This document shows, in pieces, positions 26,179-38,008 of a DNA stretch of 64,000 nt. The number at the start of each line of letters is the position of its first letter. The stretch's first letter is position 1. Both the position numbers and the translations under genes were made by a program. The stretch is from Octopus sinensis (lineage: Eukaryota). The notes beneath the pieces are model-generated. The model saw only the letters and a program-made list of their open reading frames with translations. It made no database searches and was not told the DNA's origin. The DNA is taken from positions 153,016,001-153,080,000 of the forward strand of contig NC_042997.1 of the NCBI RefSeq assembly GCF_006345805.1, in the 5' to 3' direction.

Positions 26179-27776
26179 GTATGTATATATATATGTATGT
26201 ATATATATATATATATATTGGGTTTTAAAATACAGGACGCACATAATGGATGTTACCTCTGGATGAATACTGTAGATAATAAATGTGCTTTTCAACGATG
26301 TGTTTACATTTGAATATGATAATTTAATTTAAAACGGTTTCCATTGCATATAACCGTTACATACACATATAGAAATACACTTAAACATAATTACAGGTGC
26401 CCACGCACACACACACACTCACTGAGCTTCCGCATGTCTGCAATTCATGCATCACATCTCACAGCGTTTTCGTTAGCAAAATTCAACTCCTGTATACATT
26501 ATCCATTTGGATTCAGGTGACATTCTTAAATCATAGAAATAATTTAGCTTGGATACATTGCTAATCGATGTTTGATATTCTTTAAACTACTGTGTATATG
26601 CTCGGAAGGTATTCTAATCACTTAAGGAAGTAATGTTTGACTAACACAAGCCTTAGAGTCTACAAAAGCATTTTCGATAAAAAGCATTCGCTTCAGATAG
26701 TTATGACTTCACAACTTCACCTGACAATGTATTTATGTATATATATATATATATATATATATCACAGTTAGAGATTTTTTTATTTCATTGCATGTATCGT
26801 AGATTATCCTATCTTCTTGCAGAAGCTATTATGCGATATAATATTAAAAGACGTTAGTGACATAAAAGTTATTTAGAAAAAACATGTGTATTTTGCATCA
26901 AAGTTTGTCTTTGTCAGGAAATAGTTATTACTTTAGATAAATATGAGCCATACCCATATTAGCTTTACAGTAACATATAATCAAATCCAGATATCGATGT
27001 AAGAGGGGAAAAAACTGAAAGAGTTAGAAATAGAATATTCTCTAAAACTATAGAAAGCATACCAAAAACAAGGAGATATTCTTTTACTTTTTTACTGATG
27101 CATATTTTTAAAGTATATTACATTTCCATTTTCTTACATCTTTGGCTACTTTCAAAAAAAAAAAAAAAAGCTATAAAATGCTATTTCGCTGAATGTATGT
27201 AGACAAGCAGCCAATCACCAGTGTTTCTTTAAAATAAAACAGATTGTCTAACAAAGAGAGTAAGTAGTTGGGAATATCAGGATTTTGTTCAAAATCCATT
27301 TATTTTACATGACATATTTCATATCTCTCCTGATAGATTACTTTAGACTAAAATGCAATTTGATGGCCACAGCATATTTTACTTCATTTTCTTATGTTTT
27401 CCAATTGGTGGGTAATAAAGTTTCTAGTTACAACTTCCCAAAAGGCAGATCATTGAGAGTGATAAAGAAGTGTCTAACCTTGATGCAAGGGACTTCGTTC
27501 AAAAAGCACCGTTTTATCTTATTTTTACATCCAATGCCGATATAAATCGAAGAAAGACACGCACTTACACACACACAAACGAACACACGTGTGTACACAC
27601 ACGAACACTTGTGCACACACATTAAACAAATGAAACGCATTTAATTACATATACATATATGCATGCACGCACACGTACGTTTGTCTGTATGTCTGTGAAT
27701 GTGTATCTTCTACGAGATTTATTTCTTGGCGAAATTCAAGCCCCATTAAGTAGCAATGCTCTTTTATTTACGTCAG

Positions 27777-27831
27777 GCTGGTTTGAATGGCTTTATGGAT
27801 ATTTGAATGCTTTACTGTGGAAATATTGCAC
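27777..27831 (+). CDS. candidate 55-nt exon of an unidentified gene (xWFEWLYGYLNALLWKYC if coding)
   Basis: Acceptor ttttatttacgtcag and donor CAC|gtaagt; one fully open frame. Confidence 0.35.
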
Positions 27832-28942
27832 GTAAGTGCTTGTGTATATGTAAATATAGATAACCAGTTAATAATCCACTGGAAAATTTCTTAATGTTTT
27901 ACACATGCGCACACAAAATGTCTGATCTTTCATATATCTTTCCTGTTTCCTGAATTGTCCTAATAATGGTAAATCGGTCCTTTTTTAGTTGTTAATAAAA
28001 TCGGCTCTTATTGGTCAAGACTGATCACGAGGTCGAAAGTGTGGCTAGTAGGCTCTCAGTTGGGTCACTAAGTTTTAAGGAAACTTTCCTGGTATAATCT
28101 ATAATGATCGGGTCAAGTGCGTGTTGCTCGTTGTTGAGGATTTCTTGAATTTTTCGAATTTTCTGAGTTTATTCTGCTGGTCATGTAGTCACCAGAAAAT
28201 TCAAAAGGGTGCCCAGTATGGGTTTCTCTCAAAATGTATCTCGAGGTTTTTCAGTAAGTATAAAATTTTAGATATGTAAAGTTAATAGTTACATAATCCT
28301 TTGGAATATTGAATGGTTGTCAACAATATTTCAAATGATAAGACGATCATGTTCTTGATCCTTGAGTTTTCAGGCAAATTCAGGACAGAGAAGTGGGATT
28401 TTCTTTATGTTCCTAGATGTTGTCTTCAGTATCCCATGTAGTCGTTAAGCAGTAGATCTGTGTATTGTTTCTGCCAATAAGATGTTTGACACACCACTCG
28501 ACTCTTGGGAAAGAAGAAACTTTTATCTTTTTAAGTCGATAAATTTCGAGAATTGCAAAGTGACGCTTAGATAGAGGTTATGTAAATGTATTTTCGGTTG
28601 AGGCATTTCATGAAATAAATTATGCTGTCTACTCAAGAGTAGTCAACCTTAACACATTTTTTATAAAAGAGCATGATATACTTGTATATAAGAGGAACGT
28701 GACCCATTCGACGCGTAGGACATTTTCTAATGTAAAAAGTTCGAGACACAGAAATAATTCTCGATAACCTTTACCAACAAATTTGAGATATTTTATAAAT
28801 GTCATCAAAGGCAGATATTCCTTTAGCAGAATTTTCGACCGGATAATCATCCCGAGACAAGTCATCCAAATCAGAAAATTTTATATATACATACGTACAT
28901 ACACACACACGCGTCTATAAACACACACACACACACACACAC

Positions 28943-29015
<73 letters not shown>

Positions 29016-29022
29016 GTATATG

Positions 29023-29063
<41 letters not shown>

Positions 29064-29098
29064 TATATATAAATATGTATATGTATATGTATGTATAT

Positions 29099-29129
<31 letters not shown>

Positions 29130-29448
29130 TCAAACGCGATGTCCTTCCTCATAGGTCACATCACCAAAATTGTAAGTTGTACAAAGAAGTTTTAGGTCAG
29201 TTGAAAACTAGGATGGAGTATAATCTCCCAAAATGTAATGCCATGAGTCGAACCTCGAACCGCAAGATTTCGAGCTCAAGCCCTTAAGTATACACCTGTT
29301 CTTACGTCCATAAAGGCATTTGTTCTACAACATGGCATTGAACTTCATAGATGAAACGTACACAGGTTGCATATATGTGCAACTTGAGTGCAAACTTGTG
29401 CAATTGAAGTGCATGTTTCATCTATGAAGTGTTGTTTGCAGTTGGTAA

Positions 29449-29681
29449 GGCGGCGAGCAGGCTGAACCGTTAGCACGCCGGGCGAAATGCTTAGGGATAT
29501 TTCGTCTGCCGTTACGTTCTGAGCTCAAATTCCGCCGAGGTCGACTTTGCCTTTCATCCTTTCGGGGTCGATAAATTAAGTACCAGTTACGCACAGGGGT
29601 CGATGTAATCGACTTAATCCGTTTGTCTGTCCTTGTTTGTCCTCTCTGTGTTTAGCCCCTTGTGGGTAGTAAAGAAATAGG
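29449..29681 (+). mobile_element. full-length SINE family A (tail type ..gtgtttagccccttgtgggtagtaaagaaatagg)
   Basis: Intact head, B-box-like gagttcaaattcc and Nin/Deu-like core gcctttcatcctttcggggtcgataaattaagtaccag. Confidence 0.95.
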
Positions 29682-30967
29682 TATTACTTAAGTTATGTCA
29701 CTACACTCTTAGAAAACGAATGAGTTACAAATAAACTAATTGCTCCTGGCATTAAGTCTAGTACTAAATGTCTAAGTGAAAAAAAATCAATACTGATCGA
29801 ACCATTGGTGAAACCTATAGGGTAACGTGGAGGAGTAAAATGTTATAAAGGAACTTTGTAAGAGTCTGTTACCATATTTAATACAGTGGGAAATAATTCT
29901 AGAAGGAAAAATAATTTATACAAGCAGTAAAGATAATTTTAGTCATGTTTTAGTATTATATTATCTCTGCAGTGAAGTATAGGTTTCACCATACTTGCCG
30001 AAATTGTGTTAAGAGAAACATGAGGGTGTTGTACAATATTGCATACAAGATAGCATGAAAACTATCTATCATATTTTGTTTCTTTCCTACGCTATCTACA
30101 GACATCGGAATCGACTGTCTTTTCTTTCTTTCTCGTCAATATCATTTGTTCCGATAAAATATAATCTAAATCTTATCCTATATCGAAAATCGGTCCTTCA
30201 CTTAAATGTTAGAATCTTTACTTTGACATGTAAAAATGAATCTCTAAAGGACAAAGAATCGTATATTTTATATGAAAAATAGATGTGTTCATGTTACTTT
30301 ATCTCTAAGCAGTTTTAGCCGCGCATGAGAAATAAATTGGATAAAAATCGATACCCGGTTGCTTTCTATTTTACAATACACCTATTAAACCTGCAACCAT
30401 CAATCTTATTCTTTATAATAATTAATGCTTACGAAACGACATTTTTTGTGGTTGCTGTAACGCAAGAGGTTTATACTATTGATATTAAGTACAGTTCCTG
30501 TTTATATTATAATATGATTTAAAAGGGGAAAACATTTTCTAAATATCATATTCCTTATTTTGAAAGTCCTTGAGTTCACCTGGAACTTAATAACTTTTAG
30601 TGAACGAATTGCAGGTTTGTTTCAGTAGTAAATTTACTGTAGCCGTTACAATGAATATTTCATAAACATTTGAATCTCCGTCTTAGTTTATTTCCATATG
30701 ATTCTTTTTGTTGCTTCTTAAAACACATTTTAGATATTGAATGTGAAAATAAGTTAGCATATGTGTCAAAATTTGAATGGTTGGTAAATATAGTTTAGTC
30801 AGACTATATAGGTAATGTCTGCAAAGTCTGAATGATAAAACTGAAGAGAATTTATTGCTCTTTTATTCAAGAAACGAAGGTATTGTAAGAAAACATAAGA
30901 AAAGTGATAGACACGAAAGGGACTGGTAGGGACCGGATAAACAAAAAAGGAAACATTATTATTATTA

Positions 30968-31004
<37 letters not shown>

Positions 31005-31399
31005 GAAATGGGTTTTTCTATTTTGACATTGTTCAAAAGACTATAAATGATACAAAGGTTTTTGATGGATTGGATATATGAACGGCACATTTAACTTGAG
31101 CAATCAAATCATCATTGTCACCACCATCGTCAATATCATCACCATCATTATCGTCACCACCATCATCAATATCATCACCATCATATCGTCGTCGTTGTCG
31201 TCGTTATCCACATCGTCTTGCCATCTCCGTCATCCACGTCATTGTCATTATCTTCGTCGTCAACATCATAATCAATAATATGATCGATCTTGTAAACTTT
31301 TCGCACAAAGTTACTGGACGATTTCAACTGGAATACCTTTTAATGCCTGACAGTGCATTTCAGAGCTGACAATCAACAGTATTAGCATCAACGTCATAA

Positions 31400-31980
31400 G
31401 GTGGCGAGTTGGCAGAATCGTTAGCACGCCGGGCGAAATGCTTAGCGGTATTTCGTCTTCCGCTACGCTCTGAGTTCAAATTCCGCCGAGGTCGACTTTG
31501 CCTTTCATCCTTTCGGGGTCGATTAAATAAGTACCACTTACACACTGGGGTCGATATAATCGACTTAATCCGTTTGTCTGTCCTTGTTTGTCCTCTCTGT
31601 GTTTAGCCCCTTGTGGATAGTAAAGAAATAGGCATTTCGTCTGCCGTTACATTCTGAGTTCAAATTCCGCCGAGGACGACTTTACCTTTCATCCTTTCGG
31701 GGTCGATAGATTAAGTACCAGTTACGTACTGGGGTCGATGTAATCGACTTAATCCATTTGTCTGTCCTTGTTTGTCCCCTCTGTGTTTAGCCCCTTGTGG
31801 ACAATAAAGAAATAAGAAATGTTTGCACGTTCTGTTTCAATTCCGCCGTAGTCAGTTTTGCCTTTCGTCCTTTTGGAGTCGATAAATTAAGTACCAGTTG
31901 CGTACTGGAGCCGATCGAATCGACTGGCCCCCTACCCCAAAATTTCGAGCCTTGTACCTGGTGTAGAAAAGATTATCCTT
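31400..31980 (+). mobile_element. SINE family A trimer (one full copy + two headless tandem bodies)
   Basis: Copy 1 at 31400-31631; body restarts at gcatttcgtctgcc (31631) and again at ~31820. Confidence 0.92.
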
Positions 31981-32920
31981 ATCACCTTGTATTTCGATTA
32001 TACTGCCCCGGTGATAAAAAAAAATATATTATGTTGTATATGTATAACCTACAGATGTATATGTTGAATGAATAGTTAAAAACCTCACATATTGACGCCA
32101 TTATTTGAAGATTTGAGTTTTGTTTTCCGTCTCTATCATTGTATTCGAGTGTGTAGAAGGACCTATCTTTCGATTTACAGTTACAATCTACCCGTCGGAG
32201 TTCAGTAGTTTCTATTAACCTAATTTCACTCACAAAGTATGGGTCGACCCGTGACTATTGAAATTGACATTTGCCCAAGAAGCCAGGAAGTGAGATCGCA
32301 GCTGGGACCACGTGGCTGTGATTTTCTTAGCATTCATGCTGATGGTGTGCACGCAAACAGGCACATGCACACACACACTAATCGCAACAAACTTCACAAT
32401 CACCAGACCAGCATAATATACTTATATAAACCTTTTTAGCGAGGAATGATCGCATATCCCTTTACTTAATAGAAAAATTTAAATTTGTGCTTTCTTACTT
32501 GAATTTAGAATTGAAGGCAATAATTTAAAATATTTCGTTTTACGCTAAATTTAAAAGTTTTCCATAGCGATAGCAATGAACTTAGAGTAAGCTATTTTTG
32601 GAGGTAGAAAAATATGGCGATACATAGCGTATCGCTATATCTTTCGACTTTATATCCTTATATCCTCGAAATAATTCCTAAGTATATTCCGCTACCATCT
32701 ATAATTTCTATAGAAAGTTTTGAAATCAAGAACATTAAATAAATGGAAGTGACAGTTCTTCCTAAATGTATATATATATGTGTGTGTCTGTGTGTGTGTT
32801 TAAGTGTCTGTGTGTGTACTTGTAAGCGTGTACGCATACATATATGCATTTGTATCATATACATAGATGTATATATATATATACATGGATGTATATCTAC
32901 AGAGATAGATACACACAAAT

Positions 32921-32960
<40 letters not shown>

Positions 32961-33345
32961 ATATATATATATTGAAATGCATATGTATATACATATGTAT
33001 ATACGTATGTATATATGTATGTATATACGTATAAACACATACGTATATTTGGATGGTTGACACATGGCCAATACTCCAGTGAAACTAGATGCCATAAAGT
33101 AAAAGCATTTACCAAATAAACTAAGTACGTAGGTTTCAAAGCCATTTTGAAATTGAAAACGTATTTATTTGACGATCAATTCTATTCCAGGAGCATATAT
33201 CTTACAGTTCTATTTACAGACAAAGAACTGCAGATCTGATATCTTCTTTTTACTGAATACATGGATGACTAAGCATAGCCACATCTGTTCTGTTCAGTAT
33301 TGACAATATGTCAATAGAAGACAATGTATTGTTCTTAATAATGAC

Positions 33346-33385
<40 letters not shown>

Positions 33386-33539
33386 AGTATTAGAAAGCTG
33401 AAAAGAAAGGATAGCATGGTACCGTAGGCTGCAGGTAGCAAGACCGCTACGCATGTATGACTCCAGGAGCTCCAACAAACCTGTGATAAAGAGAAATAGC
33501 AATATTAATAACAATGATAATAATCTTTTATATTATAGG

Positions 33540-33690
33540 CACAAGGCCTAGAGCTTTGGGGGAGGGGACTGGTCGATTGCATCGACCCCAGAATTTCACT
33601 GGTACTTAATTTATCGACCCCGAAGGCAGAGTCGACCTCGGCGGAATTTGAACTCAGAACGTAGCGACGAGCGAAATACCGCTAAGCGTA
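33540..33690 (-). mobile_element. SINE family A, 5' end abutting an (AAT)n(GAT)n tract at 33690-33850
   Basis: Reverse-complement core motifs. Confidence 0.88.
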
Positions 33691-33708
33691 ATAATGATGA
33701 TGATGATG

Positions 33709-33764
<56 letters not shown>

Positions 33765-33791
33765 TACCGCAATAATATTAATAGTGATGAC

Positions 33792-33824
<33 letters not shown>

Positions 33825-36511
33825 AATGATGATGATGATGATGATGAAAAAGTTTATGATAATCATTTGATCTTTAGTTCGTTCTGTTTTTGCTAAATTT
33901 CCATCAATGTATCTGGAAGTTTGCGTTTTTGCACATGGTTATTAAAAGCGGGACGTTTCTCAGGTATTGCTCAGTCAAATTGTATAAAAGAATATATAAA
34001 CATTTGAATCTGAAGAGAATATTAGTTTTAGAAATTATTAAATTCTAAGGTTTCTAGTTGAAGCCTTATTTATTGAATTCATAATACTTGCGCAAGGAGT
34101 TTAACCAGTCTTGACATTTTATAATAGTCTTGGAATTTCAGTTTAAAAAAATATATATAAATTAAATTTTCCATTTCCGTTATTGAGTTGAAACTTGAAA
34201 TACAGCATAGGGATAAACAAATGTAATTTATCATAACATGAAGTCACATACAACGCAAACAAACAAGCCAAATAATAAAATTAATACCATATGTATTAAT
34301 AATAATATCAACACAGTCACGACATAGGTAAGATGGTCTGGCAAAGATTTACTTTAAACTTAAGTGTTTGTTTGAAGAATAACAAGTAAAGCCAATTAGA
34401 GGCTGAGTAGGAAAGTAAACATAACTGAGACCTACATAAGCTTTACGGCTAAAATAAAGGGGGAAGTGTAAATATATATAAATCACTTCCTGTGTTTCAT
34501 TTCTAAAAAAGAAAAGAAATTTCTTTACTTTCCTCCATAGTTTTAAGATGTCTGCTTGAGTCTAAATGTAATTATAAACATTTATTGCTCCGATATTATC
34601 TGGATTTCTATCTCACTTCAACGGCACACATAATATCAAGTAATAACTAGGGAGCATCTGCACGTTTGCCATGAAATTAGTTCCTTTAGTTCTCTGTTAC
34701 ATGATATATTATTTCTCTCAAATTACAAAATATCACACGTGTGTTTCATAACAACATGTCATCGTAATATATATTAAGTCAGAATTTATTTTTGCTTCGT
34801 CTACTATAATTTTATATTATTAGTAAGTGTTATTTAAGATAAATAATTGATATAAAGGAGAAAATACTCGCATGATGTATTTGCGATTTGTTACTGCTGT
34901 TGTCATTGTTTAGACCCAGATCAGCCCAGATCGAATAGTTTTAGATGTTTCTCACACACAACCGTCTTTTTGTTGCATCCTTCAAGTCTTTTCGGTCTGA
35001 CTATATTGCATGCGACTCCTTTTGCTAAAGATGTTAAAGTGTTGTATGAGGGAGATATGGTTGATATTTCTAGCTAGTTGAACAATCTTGTAAAGACTTC
35101 CTTGCCAGCTTTTGATATGTTTAATTTTAATTGTATTTTAGACATAATTTAAAGTATTCAGAAATGTTTAAGAAAACTGTTGTTACATATTTAATATGAA
35201 AAATCTAGAAAGAGACGAAAGTTTTATTTATTTAATCTTGTAAGAGATTATTTGATGTCAATAATCTTTCGAACTCTCAGACATAATAGTGTTCCGCAAA
35301 AGACCCCCCTCGGCTTCTCACGTTTATTGAAGACATTTTTGTGTATCCTGTATTGTCATATATTTCATGAACAATTTTAATAACAAAGTCGTAGAAGCCA
35401 TTGCATCATTAGTACACAATTGAAGGTTTAAAGGCCTCATTAGAGAAAGCTAACGCTAGGGTATAACTTCCACCAAATCCTGCCATCATCAAACTCTTTT
35501 GTGGAGTTGAATGTTATTCCTGAATAGTGTTCTAATGATTCATTGTATCTCAAACAGATATTTGCAGCAACGAAAAATTATACAAAATATGCTTTTACTC
35601 TACCTTTGACCTGAGTAAAAAATATGAACTCAGATAATGGAGTAGATATGTATTTCTTAGAAAACCGGTTTTATAACCCAGAAAATTTGGATTACTGTTT
35701 ACAGTTAACTTTAGGAGGCATCTATAATTCAATTTATTGTTACACAGGATTTTGCACAATTCTCTAGGCTGTTGAAACTGTTTCTTAATACAGTAGATAT
35801 GGTATGAATCAGTATTCATTTAGAGTCCACTTGCTGTTGATTAATGAATTGAAGACATTCTTTCAAGCGCTTCTTTTAGTTACGTGTGCATGTTAGGAAA
35901 TGATATCTGGATATTATTTTATCCGTAGTGAATGACATACTTAGGTCTTCTGTTCCAATACGAACATTTTATATGCTAGAAGGTTTAGTAAACAAAATTA
36001 CTGCGCTTGTGTACCTGTGTGCATGTATACATACATTAATATTTGTATGGATATATGTAAACGTGTGTGTATGTGTGTGCGTGCATATGTAAGAGAGAGG
36101 GTGTGTGTGAGAGTGTGTGTATGTGAGAGAGAGAGAGTGTGTGTATGTGAGAGAGAGAGTGTGTGAGAGAGCGAAAGTGTGTGTGTAAGTATATACAGAC
36201 AATAGATGAGAGCTAGATACACTCGATATATTTGTGTGTATATATGTAAATGTGTGTGTATGTGTGTGTGTTAGCGGAAGTGAGAGAGAAAAAGTATGTG
36301 TGTGCGTGTAAGAGAGAGAGAGAGAGAGAGAGTGTGTGTGTGTGTGTGTGTGTGTGTCTATATACAGACATTAGATGAGAGGTAGATACATCAAGCACTA
36401 GGCTAGCGCCATCAAGAAGAAGAGAACACCAGAGAGGCGTGCTGATATGGAGGTAGTGATGAAGATAAACACAATTAGGTTTGATATATATGTAGTGTAT
36501 ATATGTATGTA

Positions 36512-36806
36512 TATCACGTGATCACGTGACCGACCAGACCATCAGATGTTGTTACACATCGCTGGTCACAATGCGTTCGCATTGTTTTAGTCTTCGAATG
36601 ACGCCACCTCGCTGGCTAAGCGAGCAGGCCAACAGAAGAAAGAGTGAGAGAAAGAGCACAGCAGGGATCACCACCCCCTGCCGGACCCTCGTGGAGCTTT
36701 TAGGTGTTTTCGCTCAATAAACACTCACAACGCCCGGTCTGGGAATCGAAACTGCGATCCTGCGACCGTGAGTCCGCTGCCCTAACCACTAAGCCATTGC
36801 GCCTCC
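36512..36806 (-). mobile_element. tRNA-derived SINE family C (probably related to the octopus OR-type SINEs)
   Basis: Reverse complement ggaggcgcaatggcttagtggttagggc (A box) ... gtttcgattccc (B box); homologous to 39727 and 51903. Confidence 0.92.
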
Positions 36807-36865
36807 ACATGTATGTATGTATGTATATATATATATATATATACAGATAGATAGATATGCATATA

Positions 36866-36922
<57 letters not shown>

Positions 36923-36926
<4 letters not shown>

Positions 36927-37182
36927 GGTAAACACCCCCTTCGGTCATGAATGACCATGGGATTGCACCTAGAAAGTTACCCTCCTAGACACAAGATCGG
37001 GCAAGGTTGTTTATGGAAGACCAGCAGTCGCCCATGCATACCAGCCTCCCCTCTCCACGCCACCAGTGTTATCCAAGGGAAAGACAAAGGTCGATACAGC
37101 TTGGCACCTGTGACGTCGCAACTCATTTCTACAGTTGAGTGAACTGGAGCAACGTGAAAATAAAGTGCTTTGCTCAAGAACA
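36923..37182 (-). mobile_element. SINE family D body (CORE-like gtgttcttgagcaaagcactttat..ttgctccag), head lost
   Basis: Same module at 41095-41200 (+), 54490-54680 (-) and 4040-4155 (-). Confidence 0.75.
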
Positions 37183-37280
37183 CATTGTGACCAGCGATGT
37201 GTAACATCTGATGGTCTGGTCGGTCACGTGATCACGTGATATACATACATATATACACTACATATATATCAAACCTAATA

Positions 37281-37321
<41 letters not shown>

Positions 37322-37418
37322 CGGGAAGCTTTATGAAAATAGACAAAAGACGAAGGCAGGTGGAAAACAAACGAACAATTGTATTAGTATGGCGCTCAGG
37401 AAATATAAATAAAACAAG

Positions 37419-37456
37419 TCTTTAACGTTTCGAGCCTACGCTCTTCAACAGAAAGA
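37419..37456 (-). ncRNA. type I minimal hammerhead motif, core variant CUGUUGA
   Basis: UCUUU-CUGUUGA-A-GAGC(GUAG)GCUC-GAAAC-GUU-AAAGA: 5-bp stem I and 4-bp stem II; A6 replaced by U. Confidence 0.75.
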
Positions 37457-37590
37457 TACACAGAGAGAAAAAAAACACAGAAAGAAGGAGAGAAAAAAAA
37501 TGCGTGCAGTAGCTAACGAATCAACATGGCGATCTGATTTCGGCCAGAGGTCAAAGATCAAACATGAGACGCGAGAGCGAAATAAGGGGA

Positions 37591-37980
37591 GATAATAGGG
37601 TTGATAATAGGGTTGATAATAGGGTTGAAGGACCAGCTAATAGTGCGTAGGAGGGGTCTGGACGTGTGTATGTATAGCGTTGGTGTATGTATTAGTATGT
37701 ATAAGGGTGTGTGTGTGTGTGTGTGTATGAGAGAGTATTAGTGCGTAGGATTGGTCTGGACGTGCGTATGTATGGGGTTGGTGTATGTATTAGTATGTAT
37801 TAGTACGTATTAGTACGTATTAGTATGTATAAGTGTGTGTGTGTGTGTGTGTATGAGAGAGTATAAGTGCGTATGAGGGGTCTGGACGTGTGTATGTATA
37901 GGGTTGGTGTATGTATTAGTATGTATTAGTATGTATTAGTACGTATTAGTATGTATTAGTTGGTGTATGTATTAGTATGG
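37591..37980. repeat. nested minisatellite in the PLE 3' region
   Basis: (GATAATAGGGTT)x3 at 37591-37626; ~100-125-bp units starting at 37642, 37740 and 37866 containing (GTATTAGTAT/C)n and (TG)n. Confidence 0.9.
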
Positions 37981-38008
37981 CACATCATATATGATGTGAT
38001 GTGTAAAG

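Larger units (their letters stand above)
36474..37279. repeat. inverted duplication: 36474-36573 / 37183-37279
   Basis: Identical except for one 3-nt (gtt) indel; includes ~38 nt of flank beyond the SINE C tail. Confidence 0.93.

Noticed and set aside
28030-28570. Possible decayed LINE ORF2 C-terminus on the minus strand
   Set aside because: Only a vague PLLCPE..DQEH similarity with many stops; not enough to call.
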